DNA from: an uncultured Acidobacteriota bacterium
Lineage (GTDB): Bacteria; Acidobacteriota; Thermoanaerobaculia; Multivoradales; UBA5704
NCBI GenBank assembly: GCA_963700145.1
Contig: OY969474.1
Location: forward strand, 4,800,001-4,864,000
Direction: 5' to 3'
DNA: 64,000 bases
Below, piece after piece: positions 44,674 to 59,602 of the stretch; positions within the stretch are counted from its first letter, which is position 1, and each line of letters starts with the position of its first letter. A program made the translations under genes and the position numbers. A model generated the notes under the pieces. That model saw only the letters and a program-made list of their open reading frames with translations, searched no databases and was not told the DNA's origin.

Positions 44674-45860
44674 CTAGCGCCGCCGCGGCAGCGTCCAGCG
44701 CTCGGCGCCGGTGAGGCGGGCGAGGCGGGCGACGGCCGCTTCGAGCCCGGCGCGGCGGCCGCTGGTCTCTTTGACCCCCGGCTCCCACCAGACCTTGCGC
44801 ACGGCGAGCAGGCCGCGGTTGCGGTGGAGCTTCGGATCGAGCCGGCCGACCAGGCGCTCGCCTTCGAGGATCGGCAGGACGTAGTAGCCGTAGCGGCGCT
44901 TGGCCGCCGGGACGAAGCATTCCAGCGTGTAGTCGAAGCCGAAGAGGCGCTGGGTGCGCCGGCGGTCGTGGAGGATCGGGTCGAAGGGGGAGAGGAGGCG
45001 CAGGCGGCGCGGCGCCTCCGGGGCGGCGGCGGCGCGCTCGCGCCAGTCCGGGAAGGCGTAGGCGCGGCGCGGGCGCGCGCCGTCGGCGCTCTCGACCTCG
45101 ACCGCCACGATCTCGCCGCGCGTCGCGGCCTTCTCGCACCAGGCGCTCGCCGCGGCGGGCTTGATCCCCCGCCAGAACGCCGCCAGCTCCTGCGGCGTCG
45201 CCGTTCCCAGCCGCTCGAGCGCGCCGCGGAAGGACCAGTCCAGATACTCCTCGGCCGAAGGCGCCGGCGCCGCGTGCGCCGCCGGCAGCACTCGCTCGGC
45301 GAGGTTGTAGACCTTGTGGAACTGCTCGCGCCGGGCGATCAGGAGCTCGCCGGTGTGCCAGAGGAACTCCAGCGCCGCCTTCTCGCGCGTCCACCCCCAC
45401 CAGGCCGACTTCTCGCCCGCGGGGCGATCGAAGTGCCGGGTCATGACCGGACCCTCGCGCCGCACTCGCTCGAGCACGGCGGCGGCGATGCTGTCCGGGT
45501 CTTCGCCGAGCCGCGCCATCCACCAGGCGTTGCCGAAGACGACCTCGCGGGCGTGGGCGAAGCGGTGGCGCCAGTACGGGTACCAGGCGGTGGGCACCGC
45601 CGCGGCGTCGTGCGTCCAGTGCTCGAAGAGCGACCGGTCGCGCTCGAGGAGGCGGTCGAGAAGTGCCGGCCGATAGCCGTCGAGCCGCGAGCCGAGCGTC
45701 AGATGCTGGGCGCGCGCGACGACGTTGATCGAGTCGATCTGCACGAACCCCATCCGTTCGACGACTTCGTACACCGCCGCCGGCGTCGCCCGCCGCCGCG
45801 GATCCGCGAGCAGCCCCTGCGCGTCGAGCAGCCGCCGCCGTGCGGCGGCTAAGGGAACGC
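44674..45860 (-). CDS. ycaQ: YcaQ/AlkZ-like winged-helix DNA cross-link repair glycosylase (start unresolved)
   Basis: VQIDSINVVARAQ, FEHWTHDA, LLSPFDP, RRYGYYVLP. Conserved-looking N-terminus (RRRLLDAQGL) lies upstream of the first canonical start at 45774. Confidence 0.85.
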
Positions 45861-45862
45861 GC

Positions 45863-46237
45863 TCAGCGGTAAAGCGTGATCTCCAGCGGGTTGCCGTCGG
45901 GGTCCTGGAAGTAGATCGACTCGGCGATGCCGTGGTCGATGGGGCCGCGGTAGGGGATGCCGAGGGAGCGCAGGTGCTCCTGCGCGGCGGCGAAGCCGGG
46001 GGCGTCGGTGCGCCAGGCGACGCGGTGCCAGCGCGGGGCTTCGCCGGTGGCGGGGCGGCCTTCGCCGGCCTGGAAGAGCGCCAGCGCCGGGCCGTCCTCG
46101 CGGCCGATCATCACCGGCTCGGGGTCCCAGCGGTGGCGCTCGGCGAGGCCCAGCACCTCGCCGTACCAGCGCGCCGCGGCGGCGAGGTCGCGGACCAGGA
46201 CTTCGACGTGGTCGATCTGGGTGACGGAGAAGGGCAT
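45863..46237 (-). CDS. VOC/glyoxalase family protein
   Basis: IDHVEVLVRDL...WYGEVLG, SIYFQDPDGNPLEI. Confidence 0.9.
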   Translation of the reverse strand: MPFSVTQIDHVEVLVRDLAAAARWYGEVLGLAERHRWDPEPVMIGREDGPALALFQAGEGRPATGEAPRWHRVAWRTDAPGFAAAQEHLRSLGIPYRGPIDHGIAESIYFQDPDGNPLEITLYR

Positions 46238-46291
46238 GCGGACGGGGCCTCCCGGACGGAGGCCCCATCCTAGCGCGGAGGACCTAGGCCC

Positions 46292-46738
46292 CTAGCCGGC
46301 TTCGGCGAAGAACTTGAGCGCCTCCTTGAGGGCGTTCCAGCGGTTGAGCTGCTGCGGGGTCAGGATCGCCGAGAAGGCGTCGTCGAAGGCCTCGAGCGCG
46401 GCGCGGATCTGCTCGCGCCCCTCGTAGAGGTCGATCTGGATCTGTCCGATGGCGCAGGCGTCCGGGCTCGCCGCCTCGAGCCCTTCGTGCAGGTCCTCGT
46501 AGAGCGCGCGCTGCTGCTCGCGCAGCGGCTTGAGCGCCGCCTGCAGCTGCTCGTAGAGCTGCTTGAACGTCGTCACCTGCGCCGGCGTGAGCTTCAAGTA
46601 CCGGGCGAGCTGGCGCGGGTTGCGGAAGAGCTGCTCGGGGTCCGGGCGGGCGGCGGCGGTGGTCTGGGCGGCCGCCGGCAGGACGAGCGCGGCGGCGAGG
46701 AGCAGGGCGAAGGACGCGGTCTTGGCGGCTCGGGTCAT
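46292..46738 (-). CDS. Spy/CpxP-like periplasmic helical protein
   Basis: Signal peptide, LKLTPAQ and ILTPQQ (LTxxQ) motifs. Confidence 0.75.
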   Translation of the reverse strand: MTRAAKTASFALLLAAALVLPAAAQTTAAARPDPEQLFRNPRQLARYLKLTPAQVTTFKQLYEQLQAALKPLREQQRALYEDLHEGLEAASPDACAIGQIQIDLYEGREQIRAALEAFDDAFSAILTPQQLNRWNALKEALKFFAEAG

Positions 46739-46862
46739 GGGTCGTCTCCTATGTGCGTCTGCGGACCTGCAACACGCGGGCGGGGCCGATCCTACGCCCT
46801 TCGCGGCCAAAGCGCTGTGATACCGTTCCGCCGCACGCCGCCCCGCCGCGGGGACCCCCGAC

Positions 46863-47966
<1,104 letters not shown>

Positions 47967-48021
47967 CGCGGCGGCCGGGCGTAGCGCGAGCAACGACTTC
48001 GGAGGGAGGAGCCGAACCGGC

Positions 48022-48404
48022 ATGTATCCGACCGAGTATCTCTATTCGCGGGAGCACGAGTGGGTGCGGGTCGAGGAGGACGTCTGCGTGCTCGGCATCA
48101 CCGAGTTCGCGCAGCAGGAGCTGGGCGAGGTGGTCTTCGTCGAGCTGCCGGAGGTGGGGCAGGTCTTCGACAGCAACGACGAGGTGGGGACGATCGAGTC
48201 GGTGAAGGCCGTGGCCGAGATCTACACGCCGGTGGCGGGGGAGGTGGTGGAGGTCAACGGCGCCATCGAGGACGACCCCGAGCTGCTCAACGAGGACCCC
48301 CACGGCGAGGGCTGGCTGCTCAAGATCCGCTTCTCCTCGGCCGACGATCTGAAGAGCCTGATGACCGCCGAGCAGTACGAGGAGTACGCCCGGAGCGGCG
48401 AGGC

Positions 48405-48408
<4 letters not shown>
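48022..48408 (+). CDS. gcvH: Glycine cleavage H protein
   Basis: HEWV, GITEFAQ, ESVKA lipoyl site. Confidence 0.97.
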
Positions 48409-51345
<2,937 letters not shown>

Positions 51346-51353
<8 letters not shown>

Positions 51354-51786
51354 CGCCGAGCCGCCGCGGCCCGGCGCCGCCGGCGACCCGCCGCCGGGGC
51401 TGCTGGGCCGGGTGGGGATCGTCCTCCTCGCCCTCTTCCTCGCCTGCTGGGTGGTGCAGATCCTGGCGCTGGGCGGCCTGGTGCCGCTCGCCGGCCGGCT
51501 GCAGCTCTCGCTCTACAACCTCTACGGCTTCGCCGCGTTCCTCGGCTGGACCGCCGGCCTCCTCTACGTGCAGCGGGCGCGCGCCTTCCCGCCGCCGCTC
51601 CGCCGGCGCCTGGCGCTGATCTACTTCTCGGCCCCGCTCGCGCTCCCTTTCCTCCTCCGCGCCATGGCCCCGCTCGCCGAGCAGCACGCGGCTCCCTTCG
51701 TGCCCCTCTACGCCGCCGGGGTCTACGCCATCTTCTTCCTCGTGCCGGTCACCATGCGCATCCCGTTCCGCGCCGGCCGCGGCTGA
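51346..51786 (+). CDS. Hypothetical 4-TM membrane protein
   Basis: Overlaps the gcvP stop; four hydrophobic segments. Confidence 0.75.
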
Positions 51787-51805
51787 CCGGCCGCCCGCAA
51801 GCCGC

Positions 51806-52711
51806 GTGCTAGCATCGATTTCGATGCTGGACGCCGCCCTTTCCGCGCATTTCGAGACGCTGGTTTCCGACCTCGCGGAGCGGGGGTCGGTGCTGGTGGC
51901 CTACTCGGGCGGGGTGGACTCCGGGCTGGTCGCGGCGCTCGCCCATCGCGCGGTCGGCGAGAAGGCGCTGGCGGTGACGGCGGCGGCGGAGACCCTGGCC
52001 GGCGCCGAGCTCGACCACGCCCGCCGGCTCGCCGCCGAGATCGGCATCCGCCACGAGACCGTCACCTACAGCGAGCTGGCCGACCCCGAGTTCGCGGCCA
52101 ACCCCGCCTACCGCTGCTACGTCTGCCAGGGGCTGCGCATGGGGACGCTGGTGACGCTCGCCCGCGAGCGCGGCTACGCCGTCGTCTGCGACGGCACCAA
52201 CGCCTCCGACCCCGGCCCCGACCGCCCCGGCCTGCGCGCCGTGCGCGAGAAGGGCGTCTACTCGCCGCTCCTCGCCCACGGCATCGACAAGACGACGGCG
52301 CGCGCCCTCGCCCGCAGCCTCGGCCTCTCGGTCTGGGACCGCCCGGCCAACGCCTGCCTCTCGTCGCGCATCCCGCACGGCCAGCCGGTGACCCTGGGCA
52401 AGCTGCGCCGCGTCGAGGCCGCCGAGGACCTCCTCGCCGGCCAGGGGTTCCGCCTGGTGCGGGTGCGGCACGAAGAGCGGGCGGCGCGCGTCGAGGTCGG
52501 CCCCGAGGAGGTGGCGCGCCTCGCCGCGCTCTGGCCGGCGCTCGAGCCCCGCCTGCGCGCGCTCGGCTTCGACGGCGCCGTCTACGACCCGCGCGGCTAC
52601 CGGCGCGGCGGCGCCGACCCGCCGGCGCCCGTCGCGCTGGGCGCGCGACGGGAAGCGCGCCCGCAGAGTGATTGCAGCCCGGCGCGAAAGCCTTCGCGCC
52701 TTAGGCTTTGA
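51806..52711 (+). CDS. larE: LarE-type ATP-dependent sulfur transferase (start may be 51824)
   Basis: PP-loop SGGVDS, RCYVC, DGTN..D...DRPG, ACLSSRIP. Confidence 0.9.
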   Translation: MLASISMLDAALSAHFETLVSDLAERGSVLVAYSGGVDSGLVAALAHRAVGEKALAVTAAAETLAGAELDHARRLAAEIGIRHETVTYSELADPEFAANPAYRCYVCQGLRMGTLVTLARERGYAVVCDGTNASDPGPDRPGLRAVREKGVYSPLLAHGIDKTTARALARSLGLSVWDRPANACLSSRIPHGQPVTLGKLRRVEAAEDLLAGQGFRLVRVRHEERAARVEVGPEEVARLAALWPALEPRLRALGFDGAVYDPRGYRRGGADPPAPVALGARREARPQSDCSPARKPSRLRL

Positions 52712-53469
52712 GGCCCGAGGCGCTGCGCGAGCTGCTGGCGCGCGTCGCCGCCGGCGAGCTGACCCCCGACGCCGCCCTCGCCGCCCTCGCCGATCTTCCC
52801 TACGCCGACCTCGGGATCGCCAAGCCGGACCTCCACCGCGAGCTGCGCTCGGGGCTGCCGGAGACGATCTTCGGCGAGGGCAAGCGGAGCGAGGACCTGG
52901 TGGCGATCGCCGAGCGCCTGCTCGCCGCCAACGGCCGGGTCCTGGTGACCCGCGTCGGTCCGGAAGCCGCCGCGGCGCTGCGTGCGCGCTTTCCCGACGC
53001 GGTCTCCCACGAGCGCGCCCGCGTCGTGACCTGCGGGGAGCCGCACGAGGCGTCCGGAGCGCCGGCGGCGGTGCTCGCCGCCGGCACCTCCGACCTCGCC
53101 GTCGCCGAAGAGGCAGCGGTCTGCCTGACCTGGTTCGGCCACGCGGTCGAGCGCCACTACGACGTCGGCGTCGCCGGCCTCCATCGCCTGCTCGACGCCC
53201 TGCCGGCGCTGCGCCGCGCCGGGGCGATCGTTGCGGTGGCGGGGATGGACGGCGCGCTGCCCGCGGTCGTCGCGGGTCTCGTCGCGGCGCCGGTCGTGGC
53301 CGTGCCGACGAGCGTCGGCTACGGCGCCAGCTTCGGCGGCCTCGCCGCGCTCCTCACCATGCTCAACGCCTGCGCACCGGGGATCGGCGTCGTCAACATC
53401 GACAACGGCTACGGCGCCGCCGTCCTCGCTCACCGCATCCTGCGCTCCGCCAGCATCGCGTCGCCGTAG
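52708..53469 (+). CDS. larB: LarB, nickel-pincer nucleotide carboxylase/hydrolase
   Basis: PETIFGEGK, AGTSDLAVAEEA, DVGVAGLHRL, AGMDGALP, PTSVGYG, VVNIDNGYGA. Confidence 0.92.
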   Translation: MRPEALRELLARVAAGELTPDAALAALADLPYADLGIAKPDLHRELRSGLPETIFGEGKRSEDLVAIAERLLAANGRVLVTRVGPEAAAALRARFPDAVSHERARVVTCGEPHEASGAPAAVLAAGTSDLAVAEEAAVCLTWFGHAVERHYDVGVAGLHRLLDALPALRRAGAIVAVAGMDGALPAVVAGLVAAPVVAVPTSVGYGASFGGLAALLTMLNACAPGIGVVNIDNGYGAAVLAHRILRSASIASP

Positions 53470-54464
53470 GAGTAGAAGCGGTAGCCGGCGGCGACCGCCT
53501 CGGCGTAGGCGGCGAGCACCCGCTCGCGGCCGGCGAAGGCGGCGACCAGCATGAGAAGCGTCGAGCGCGGCAGGTGGAAGTTGGTGAGGAGGACGTCCAC
53601 GGCGCGGAAGCGGAAGCCGGGGGTGATGAAGAGCTCGGTCGAGCCGGCGCCGGGCGCGACCTCGCCGCTCGCCGCGGCCACCGTTTCGAGCGCCCGCACG
53701 ACCGTCGTCCCCACGGCCACCACGCGCCGCCCCGCCGCGCGCGCCCGCCGCACGGCGTCCGCCGCGCCCTCGCCGATCTCCCAGCGCTCGCGCTCCATCC
53801 GGTGCTCGGCGGGCCGCTCGGCCGTGACTGGCTTGAAGGTGCCGGGGCCGACGTGCAGGGTGATCTCCGCCCGCTCGATCCCCGCCGCGGCGAGCGCCGC
53901 CAACAGCTCCGCGGAAAGGTGCAGCCCCGCGGTCGGCGCCGCCACCGCCCCCGGCCGGCGGGCGTAGACCGTCTGGTAGCGCTCGCGGTCCGCGGCCTCG
54001 TCGGCGCGCCGGATGTAGGGCGGCAGCGGCACGTGCCCCAGCCGCTCGAGGTGCGGCTCGATCGGCTCGGAGAAGCGGAGCCGCCGCCGGCCCGCGCCGC
54101 CGCGGCCGACGACCTCGGCGGTGAGCCCGGGCTCGAGCTCGAGCACCGTCCCCTCCCGAGCCTTCGCCGCCGGCCGCGCCAGCGCCTCCCACTCCGCCGT
54201 CTCGATCCGCTCGACGAGCAGCAACTCAATCGCGCCGCCGCCGGGGCGGCGGGCGAAGAGGCGGGCCGGGATCACCCGTGTGTCGTTGACGACCAGGAGG
54301 TCGCCGGCGCGCAGCAGCGCCGGCAGGTCGCGCACCCGGCGGTGGCGCTCAGGCCCCTCGCGGTCGAGCGCCAGGAGGCGGCTCGTGCCGCGCGGCAGCG
54401 GGCGCTGCGCGATGGCGCCCTCCGGCAGCGGGTAGTCGAAGTCGGCGGTCGAAAGCGGCTTCAA
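53430..54464 (-). CDS. queA: SAM:tRNA ribosyltransferase-isomerase
   Basis: DFDYPLP..AIAQ, NDTRVIPAR, PLPPYI, AAPTAGLH, TNFHLP, YRFYSYGDAM; TTG start overlapping the upstream stop. Confidence 0.96.
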   Translation of the reverse strand: MKPLSTADFDYPLPEGAIAQRPLPRGTSRLLALDREGPERHRRVRDLPALLRAGDLLVVNDTRVIPARLFARRPGGGAIELLLVERIETAEWEALARPAAKAREGTVLELEPGLTAEVVGRGGAGRRRLRFSEPIEPHLERLGHVPLPPYIRRADEAADRERYQTVYARRPGAVAAPTAGLHLSAELLAALAAAGIERAEITLHVGPGTFKPVTAERPAEHRMERERWEIGEGAADAVRRARAAGRRVVAVGTTVVRALETVAAASGEVAPGAGSTELFITPGFRFRAVDVLLTNFHLPRSTLLMLVAAFAGRERVLAAYAEAVAAGYRFYSYGDAMLAERRMR

Positions 54465-55432
54465 GCGAGCGATCGCGGGTCGAGAACGTCGCGCAGGCGG
54501 TCGCCCAGGACGTTCAGGCCGATCACCGTCGCCGCGATCGCCGCGCCGGGGAAGGCCGAGAGCCACCAGGCGGTGGTCAGCACGTCGCGCCCCTCGGCCA
54601 CCATGTTGCCCCAGCTCGGGGTCGGCGGCTGGATGCCGATGCCGAGGAAGGAGAGCGCCGACTCGACGAGGATCACCTGGCCGGCGAGCAGCGCGCCGCG
54701 CACCAGCACGGGCGGCAGCGCGCCGGGCAGGAGGTGGCGGCGGAGGATGACCGCCGGCCGCTGGCCGATGCCGCGCGCCGCCAGCACGAAATCGCGGCCG
54801 CGCAGCCCCAGGACCTCGCCGCGCACCAGGCGGCTGATGTCCATCCAGGCGGTGCCGCCGAGGATCAGCACCAGCAGCGCGGGCCCCGGCCGGAAGAGCG
54901 ACGACACCGCCAGCAGGAGGAAGAGCCAGGGGAAGGCGAGGAGCGCGTCGACGGCGCGCATGAGGACGGCGTCGAGCCAGGGGCCGCCGGTCGCCGCGGA
55001 CGCCCCCACCGCGATCCCCAGCGTCGTCGCCAGCAGCACCGCCAGCAGCCCGATCGCCAGCGACACCCGCGCGCCGTGGAGCAGGCGCGAGAGGACGTCG
55101 CGCGAGAAGCGGTCGGAGCCGAGGAGGAAGACGCGGCGGTCGGCGACGCCGTCCTGGCTCCGGTTCCGGACCTTCGCCGCCGCCAGGTGCTCCACCCGCC
55201 CCAGGCGCTCGACGCGCAGCCCCTCCGGCGTCCACTCCACCCGCTCGGCGAGCCACCAGCGGCCGTCGTCGAGCCGGATCGCCGCCATCACCGTCCCCGG
55301 CGGGCGCAGGCGGCCGGCCACCGGATCGAGCTGCTCGGCCGGGTCGTAGGGAGCGAGGAGCGGCGCCGCCCCGGCGAGGAGGAGCAGGGCCGCCGCGGCC
55401 CCGGCCGCGAGGCGGAAGGGCGCCTCAGGCAC
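54461..55432 (-). CDS. Peptide/nickel ABC permease (OppC/DppC-like)
   Basis: LGSDRFSRDVLSR, ESALSFLGIG, PSWGNM. Confidence 0.9.
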   Translation of the reverse strand: MPEAPFRLAAGAAAALLLLAGAAPLLAPYDPAEQLDPVAGRLRPPGTVMAAIRLDDGRWWLAERVEWTPEGLRVERLGRVEHLAAAKVRNRSQDGVADRRVFLLGSDRFSRDVLSRLLHGARVSLAIGLLAVLLATTLGIAVGASAATGGPWLDAVLMRAVDALLAFPWLFLLLAVSSLFRPGPALLVLILGGTAWMDISRLVRGEVLGLRGRDFVLAARGIGQRPAVILRRHLLPGALPPVLVRGALLAGQVILVESALSFLGIGIQPPTPSWGNMVAEGRDVLTTAWWLSAFPGAAIAATVIGLNVLGDRLRDVLDPRSLA

Positions 55433-56393
55433 CGCGCACCTTGGGGTCGAGCGCCCCGTGCGCCAGGTCGGCGGCCAGGGTACCGGCGATGACCAGCGCC
55501 GCCGAGAGCGCGGTCACGCCGAGGACCAGCGGGTAGTCGCGGGTCAGCACGGCGTCGAAGCCGGCGCGGCCGATGCCCGGCAGCGAGAAGACCACTTCGG
55601 TGACCAGCGAGCCGCTGAGCAGCGCCGGCAGCGAGATGGCGAGGACCTGCACCACCGGCACCGCGGCGTTGCGCAGCGCGTGCACCCAGAGGACGCGCCG
55701 CTCCGGCACGCCGGCGGCGCGGGCCGTGCGCACGTAGTCCTGTCCCAACACCTCGAGCAGCCCGTTGCGCACGAAGCGCGCGGTGGCCGCGGCGAACCAG
55801 AGGCCGAGGACGAGCGACGGCAGGACGAGGTGCCGCGCGATGTCGAGGAGCCGCGCCGGCGCCGGCAGCGCCTCCGCCCCGACCGATCGCAGGTGGCCCG
55901 CCGGCAGCACCGGCCAGACGTGGCTGAAGAGAAGGATCGCCATCAGGCCGAGCCAGAAGCCGGGGAGGGAGTAGACGAGGAGCGAAGCCCAGCGGATCAG
56001 GTGGTCGGCCGCCCGCCCGCGCCGGCGCGCCGCGGCGATCCCGAGGGCGAGGCCCACGACCGCGTCGATCGCGAAGGCGACGCCGGCGAGGAGGAGCGTC
56101 GCCGGGAGCGCCTCCGCCAGGACGGTGCGCACCGGCCGCTTGTGGACGAGCGAGACCCCGAAGTCGCCGCGCAGCGCCACCGCCTCCAGCCAGGCCGCGT
56201 ACTGCTCGGAGAGCGGCCGGTCGAGCCCCCAGAGGGCGCGCAGGCGCTCGCGCTGCGCGCGCGGCATGCGGTCTTCCGTCAGCAGGTCGCCGGGATCGCC
56301 CGGCGCGGCGTGGATGAGGAAGAAGACGGCGGAGAGGACGAGGAAGAGCAGGAGAGCGGCGGCGGCCAGGCGCCGGGCGAGGAACCGGAGCAT
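55425..56393 (-). CDS. Peptide/nickel ABC permease (OppB/DppB-like)
   Basis: APGDP, GLDRPL, QDYVRTARA, EVVFSLPGIG, RDYP. Confidence 0.9.
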   Translation of the reverse strand: MLRFLARRLAAAALLLFLVLSAVFFLIHAAPGDPGDLLTEDRMPRAQRERLRALWGLDRPLSEQYAAWLEAVALRGDFGVSLVHKRPVRTVLAEALPATLLLAGVAFAIDAVVGLALGIAAARRRGRAADHLIRWASLLVYSLPGFWLGLMAILLFSHVWPVLPAGHLRSVGAEALPAPARLLDIARHLVLPSLVLGLWFAAATARFVRNGLLEVLGQDYVRTARAAGVPERRVLWVHALRNAAVPVVQVLAISLPALLSGSLVTEVVFSLPGIGRAGFDAVLTRDYPLVLGVTALSAALVIAGTLAADLAHGALDPKVRGA

Positions 56394-56402
56394 GGCCGGC
56401 CC

Positions 56403-58091
56403 TCAGGAGGCCGGGGCCATCCACCACTCCTCGAGGTCGAACAGGGAGAAGAGGATGTTGGATTGGATGTTCTGGAGCCGCCGGCTGGCGCCGTGGAGAC
56501 GCTGCGACTCCCAGAGGTAGGTGAAGGGCTGGTCGCGGTGCAGGATCTCCTGCAGCTCGTAGAGCTGCGGCCGCGCCTTCAGGATGTCCGGCGTCCGCCG
56601 GATCGTCTCGATCAACCGGTCCACCTCGGGGTTGCGGTAGCGGGCGAAGTTGTTGCCTTCGCCGATCGAGCGGCTGTGGAAGACCGAGTGGAGGTCGAGG
56701 CTGGTGTCCATGCCGAAGCCGAACAGCGCCGCGTCGAAGGAGCCGTCGTCGAGCTGCTCGGAGAGAGCGTTGACCTCGAGCACCTGCGGCTCGACCTCGA
56801 CGCCGATGCGGCGGAGCTGCTCCTGGATCATCACCGTGGCGTCGGTCCGCTGCTGGTTGCCGCTGTTGGTCACCAGCTCGAAGGCGAAGGGCTTGCCGTC
56901 CTTGTCGAGCACGCCGTCGCCGTCGCTGTCGCGCCAGCCGTGCCTCGCGAGGAGCTGTTTGGCCTGCTGCGGGTCGTAGGGCAGCGGCTGCAGGCGCGGG
57001 TGGTGCGCCCACACATGGGTGATGATCGGCGAGGAGCCGATCCGCGCCAGCTCCCCCCAGAGGCTGTCGACGATCGTCCGGCGGTCGATGCCCATCGCCA
57101 GCGCCCGGCGCACCTCGGGGTCGGCGAAGCGCGGGTCGTCGTTGTTCCAGGCGACGAAGACGAAGAGCTTGAACCAGTAGGCGACGAGCTGGAGGTCGGG
57201 GTCGGCGCGCACGGCCGGCACGTCGGTGGCGGAGAGGTTGTTCGTGAAGTGGACTTCGCCGTTGCGCAGCATGGCGAGCAAGGCGCTCTGGTCGGGCACC
57301 ACGCGCAGGACCACCCGATCGAGATGGGGGAGCGCGGGGTCGTAGAAGCGCGGGTTGCGCACCAGCACGACCTCCTGCTGCGGCGTCCACGCCCGGAGGA
57401 GGAAAGGGCCGTTCGTCACCAGGTGCTCGCGGAACCAGTCGGCGCCCTGCTGCCACTCCGCGAAGGGCAGCTTCTCCCAGGCGTGCTTGGGCAGGATCAC
57501 GCCTTCGTTGGCGTCGAGGAGCTGCTTGCCGTAGGCCTCGCGGAAGTGGAAGCGCACGGTGTGCGGATTCACCACCTCGACGTCGGTGATCCCCTCCTTG
57601 CTCGCCGAGTCCCCCCAGCCGACGGCGGGATGGGTCTGCGCCTGCCAGGTCCAGCGCACGTCCTCGGCGGTGACCGGCACGCCGTCGCTCCACACGACAT
57701 CGTCGCGCAGATGGAAAGTCAGGGTCCGGCGGTCGGGGGAGAACTCCCAGCGCTCGGCGAGCTGCGGCTCGAAGGTCGGCGGGTGCTCGTCGAAGTCGCC
57801 CTGCTCCTGCACCAGATGGAGGAAGATCTGGAAGAGGACTTCGTCGTTGACGTTGCTCGCCGGGACGATCAGCTCGTTGACCGCGGAGATGTCCGAGCCC
57901 CAGCCGATGACCGCGGTGCCGCCGCGCACCGGCCGCGCGGCCGCGGGCGGGGCGCCGTCGATCCCGGCGGGGGTGCCCTCGCCGCCCTCCCGCGGCCGGC
58001 AGCCGCCGATGCCCAGCCCGGCGCCGGCCAGGCAGGCGGCGAGCGCCACCGCGAGCGGCCACGGCGGGAGGCGGCAAAGGGGCGGGCGCAT
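56403..58091 (-). CDS. Family 5 ABC substrate-binding lipoprotein
   Basis: PQLAERWEFSPD, FHLRDDVVWSDG.PVTAEDV, NGPF, VRRALAMGIDR. Confidence 0.92.
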   Translation of the reverse strand: MRPPLCRLPPWPLAVALAACLAGAGLGIGGCRPREGGEGTPAGIDGAPPAAARPVRGGTAVIGWGSDISAVNELIVPASNVNDEVLFQIFLHLVQEQGDFDEHPPTFEPQLAERWEFSPDRRTLTFHLRDDVVWSDGVPVTAEDVRWTWQAQTHPAVGWGDSASKEGITDVEVVNPHTVRFHFREAYGKQLLDANEGVILPKHAWEKLPFAEWQQGADWFREHLVTNGPFLLRAWTPQQEVVLVRNPRFYDPALPHLDRVVLRVVPDQSALLAMLRNGEVHFTNNLSATDVPAVRADPDLQLVAYWFKLFVFVAWNNDDPRFADPEVRRALAMGIDRRTIVDSLWGELARIGSSPIITHVWAHHPRLQPLPYDPQQAKQLLARHGWRDSDGDGVLDKDGKPFAFELVTNSGNQQRTDATVMIQEQLRRIGVEVEPQVLEVNALSEQLDDGSFDAALFGFGMDTSLDLHSVFHSRSIGEGNNFARYRNPEVDRLIETIRRTPDILKARPQLYELQEILHRDQPFTYLWESQRLHGASRRLQNIQSNILFSLFDLEEWWMAPAS

Positions 58092-58156
58092 GGGCGAGCG
58101 GTCATGGTAGCCGCGCACTCCGGCAGGGTCAAACCGAAAGCGGTTATCCTGCCTCC

Positions 58157-59602
58157 ATGCTCGCCGCGCCGGCCTCCGCGACCCGCCGCCGGCTGCTCGT
58201 CGGGCTGCTGCTCTTCGGGCTCTTCGTCCTCTTCGACATCGCGCTTTTCGGCTGGCTGATCTTCCGCTCGCTGTCGCAGCGGGAGATCGAGCGGGTGCTG
58301 CTCGAGACCCGCTCGGAGGCCGAGGGCCTGGCGCGGCAGATCGAGGAGCGCGCCGAGCGGCAGGGCAACGACCTCTTCACCGCCGTCGCCCTGGAGCGCG
58401 AGACCCAGACCTACATCGACTCCGTCCTCCGGCGGCGCGACATCGTGCGCACGGTCGAGATCCGCGACCGCCAGGGAACGCTGGTCTTCCGCATCACCAG
58501 CGAGTACCCCCTCCGCGTCGATCCGCCGGCGCAGTCCCTGCCGGGCGCGCCGGAGGTGCCGCTGCGCCTGCCGTCCAACCCCGACGTCTACGGCGGGCGC
58601 GAGGAGCGGCGCGAGGAGACGCGGCTGGAGTACTACGACGTGCCGCGCGTCGAGGTGCCGATCGGCAACCTCGGGCAGCTCGAGATCGGCATCAGCGACG
58701 CCGAGATCAGCCGGCGCACCGCGCTGCTGCGGCGCGACCTGGTGCGGCAGGCGGCCTGGATCGGCCTGGTGACCGTCGTCCTGCTGCTCACCGCCGCGGC
58801 GGCGCTCTGGCGCCTCCTGCGCCGCTCGCAGCGCGCCGAGGCGCGCGCGGCCGAGGCGGCGCGCATGGCCTACGTCGGCACCCTCGCCTCCGGCCTGGCG
58901 CACGAGATCCGCAACCCGCTCAACTCGCTCAACCTCAACATGCAGATGCTGGAGGAGGAGATCGCGGCGCACGGCCGGCCGCCGTCGGGGCCGCGCCTCC
59001 TGGCCATCACCCGCAGCGAGATCGGCCGCCTCGAGCGGCTGGTGAGCGACTTCCTGGCCTACGCCAAGCCGCGCCCGCTGGAGCCCCAGGACGTGCCGGC
59101 GGCCGAGGCGCTGGAGCGGGTGCGCGAGGTGCTGGCGGCGGAGGCGGCGCGGCGCGGCGTGCGGCTCGAGGTCGTGGACCTGGCAGGCGGCGCGCGCCTG
59201 CGCGCCGATCCGACGCAGCTCCACCAGGCGCTCTTGAACCTCGCCCGCAACGCGCTGACCGCCGCCGAGGAGGGGGCGCGCCCGCCGCGGGTCCGCCTCA
59301 CCGCCCTCCGCGAAGGCGACGATGTGCTCCTCGAGGTCGCGGACAGCGGCCCGGGCGTTCCGCCCGCCGAGCGGCCGCGGGTTTTCGATCTCTTCTACTC
59401 GACGCGCAAGGGCGGCACCGGGCTCGGGCTGGCGATCGTCGACCGCATCGTCAAGGCGCACGGCGGCCGGGTGACGGTGCGTAGCGAGCCGGGGGAGGGG
59501 GCGGTCTTCACGCTGGCGCTGCCGGCCGCCGCCGAAGGGCCGCAGCCCTCAGCCGCCCGCGAGGCGGAACAGCCGGGCGTGGCGGTCGGCGTAGATCTCT
59601 AG
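58157..59602 (+). CDS. Sensor histidine kinase (no adjacent regulator)
   Basis: Two TMs, [23 protein letters not shown]. Confidence 0.92.
   Translation: MLAAPASATRRRLLVGLLLFGLFVLFDIALFGWLIFRSLSQREIERVLLETRSEAEGLARQIEERAERQGNDLFTAVALERETQTYIDSVLRRRDIVRTVEIRDRQGTLVFRITSEYPLRVDPPAQSLPGAPEVPLRLPSNPDVYGGREERREETRLEYYDVPRVEVPIGNLGQLEIGISDAEISRRTALLRRDLVRQAAWIGLVTVVLLLTAAAALWRLLRRSQRAEARAAEAARMAYVGTLASGLAHEIRNPLNSLNLNMQMLEEEIAAHGRPPSGPRLLAITRSEIGRLERLVSDFLAYAKPRPLEPQDVPAAEALERVREVLAAEAARRGVRLEVVDLAGGARLRADPTQLHQALLNLARNALTAAEEGARPPRVRLTALREGDDVLLEVADSGPGVPPAERPRVFDLFYSTRKGGTGLGLAIVDRIVKAHGGRVTVRSEPGEGAVFTLALPAAAEGPQPSAAREAEQPGVAVGVDL

Noticed and set aside
46739-46862. Glycine riboswitch upstream of gcvT
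   Set aside because: The spacer is short and lacks recognisable aptamer motifs.
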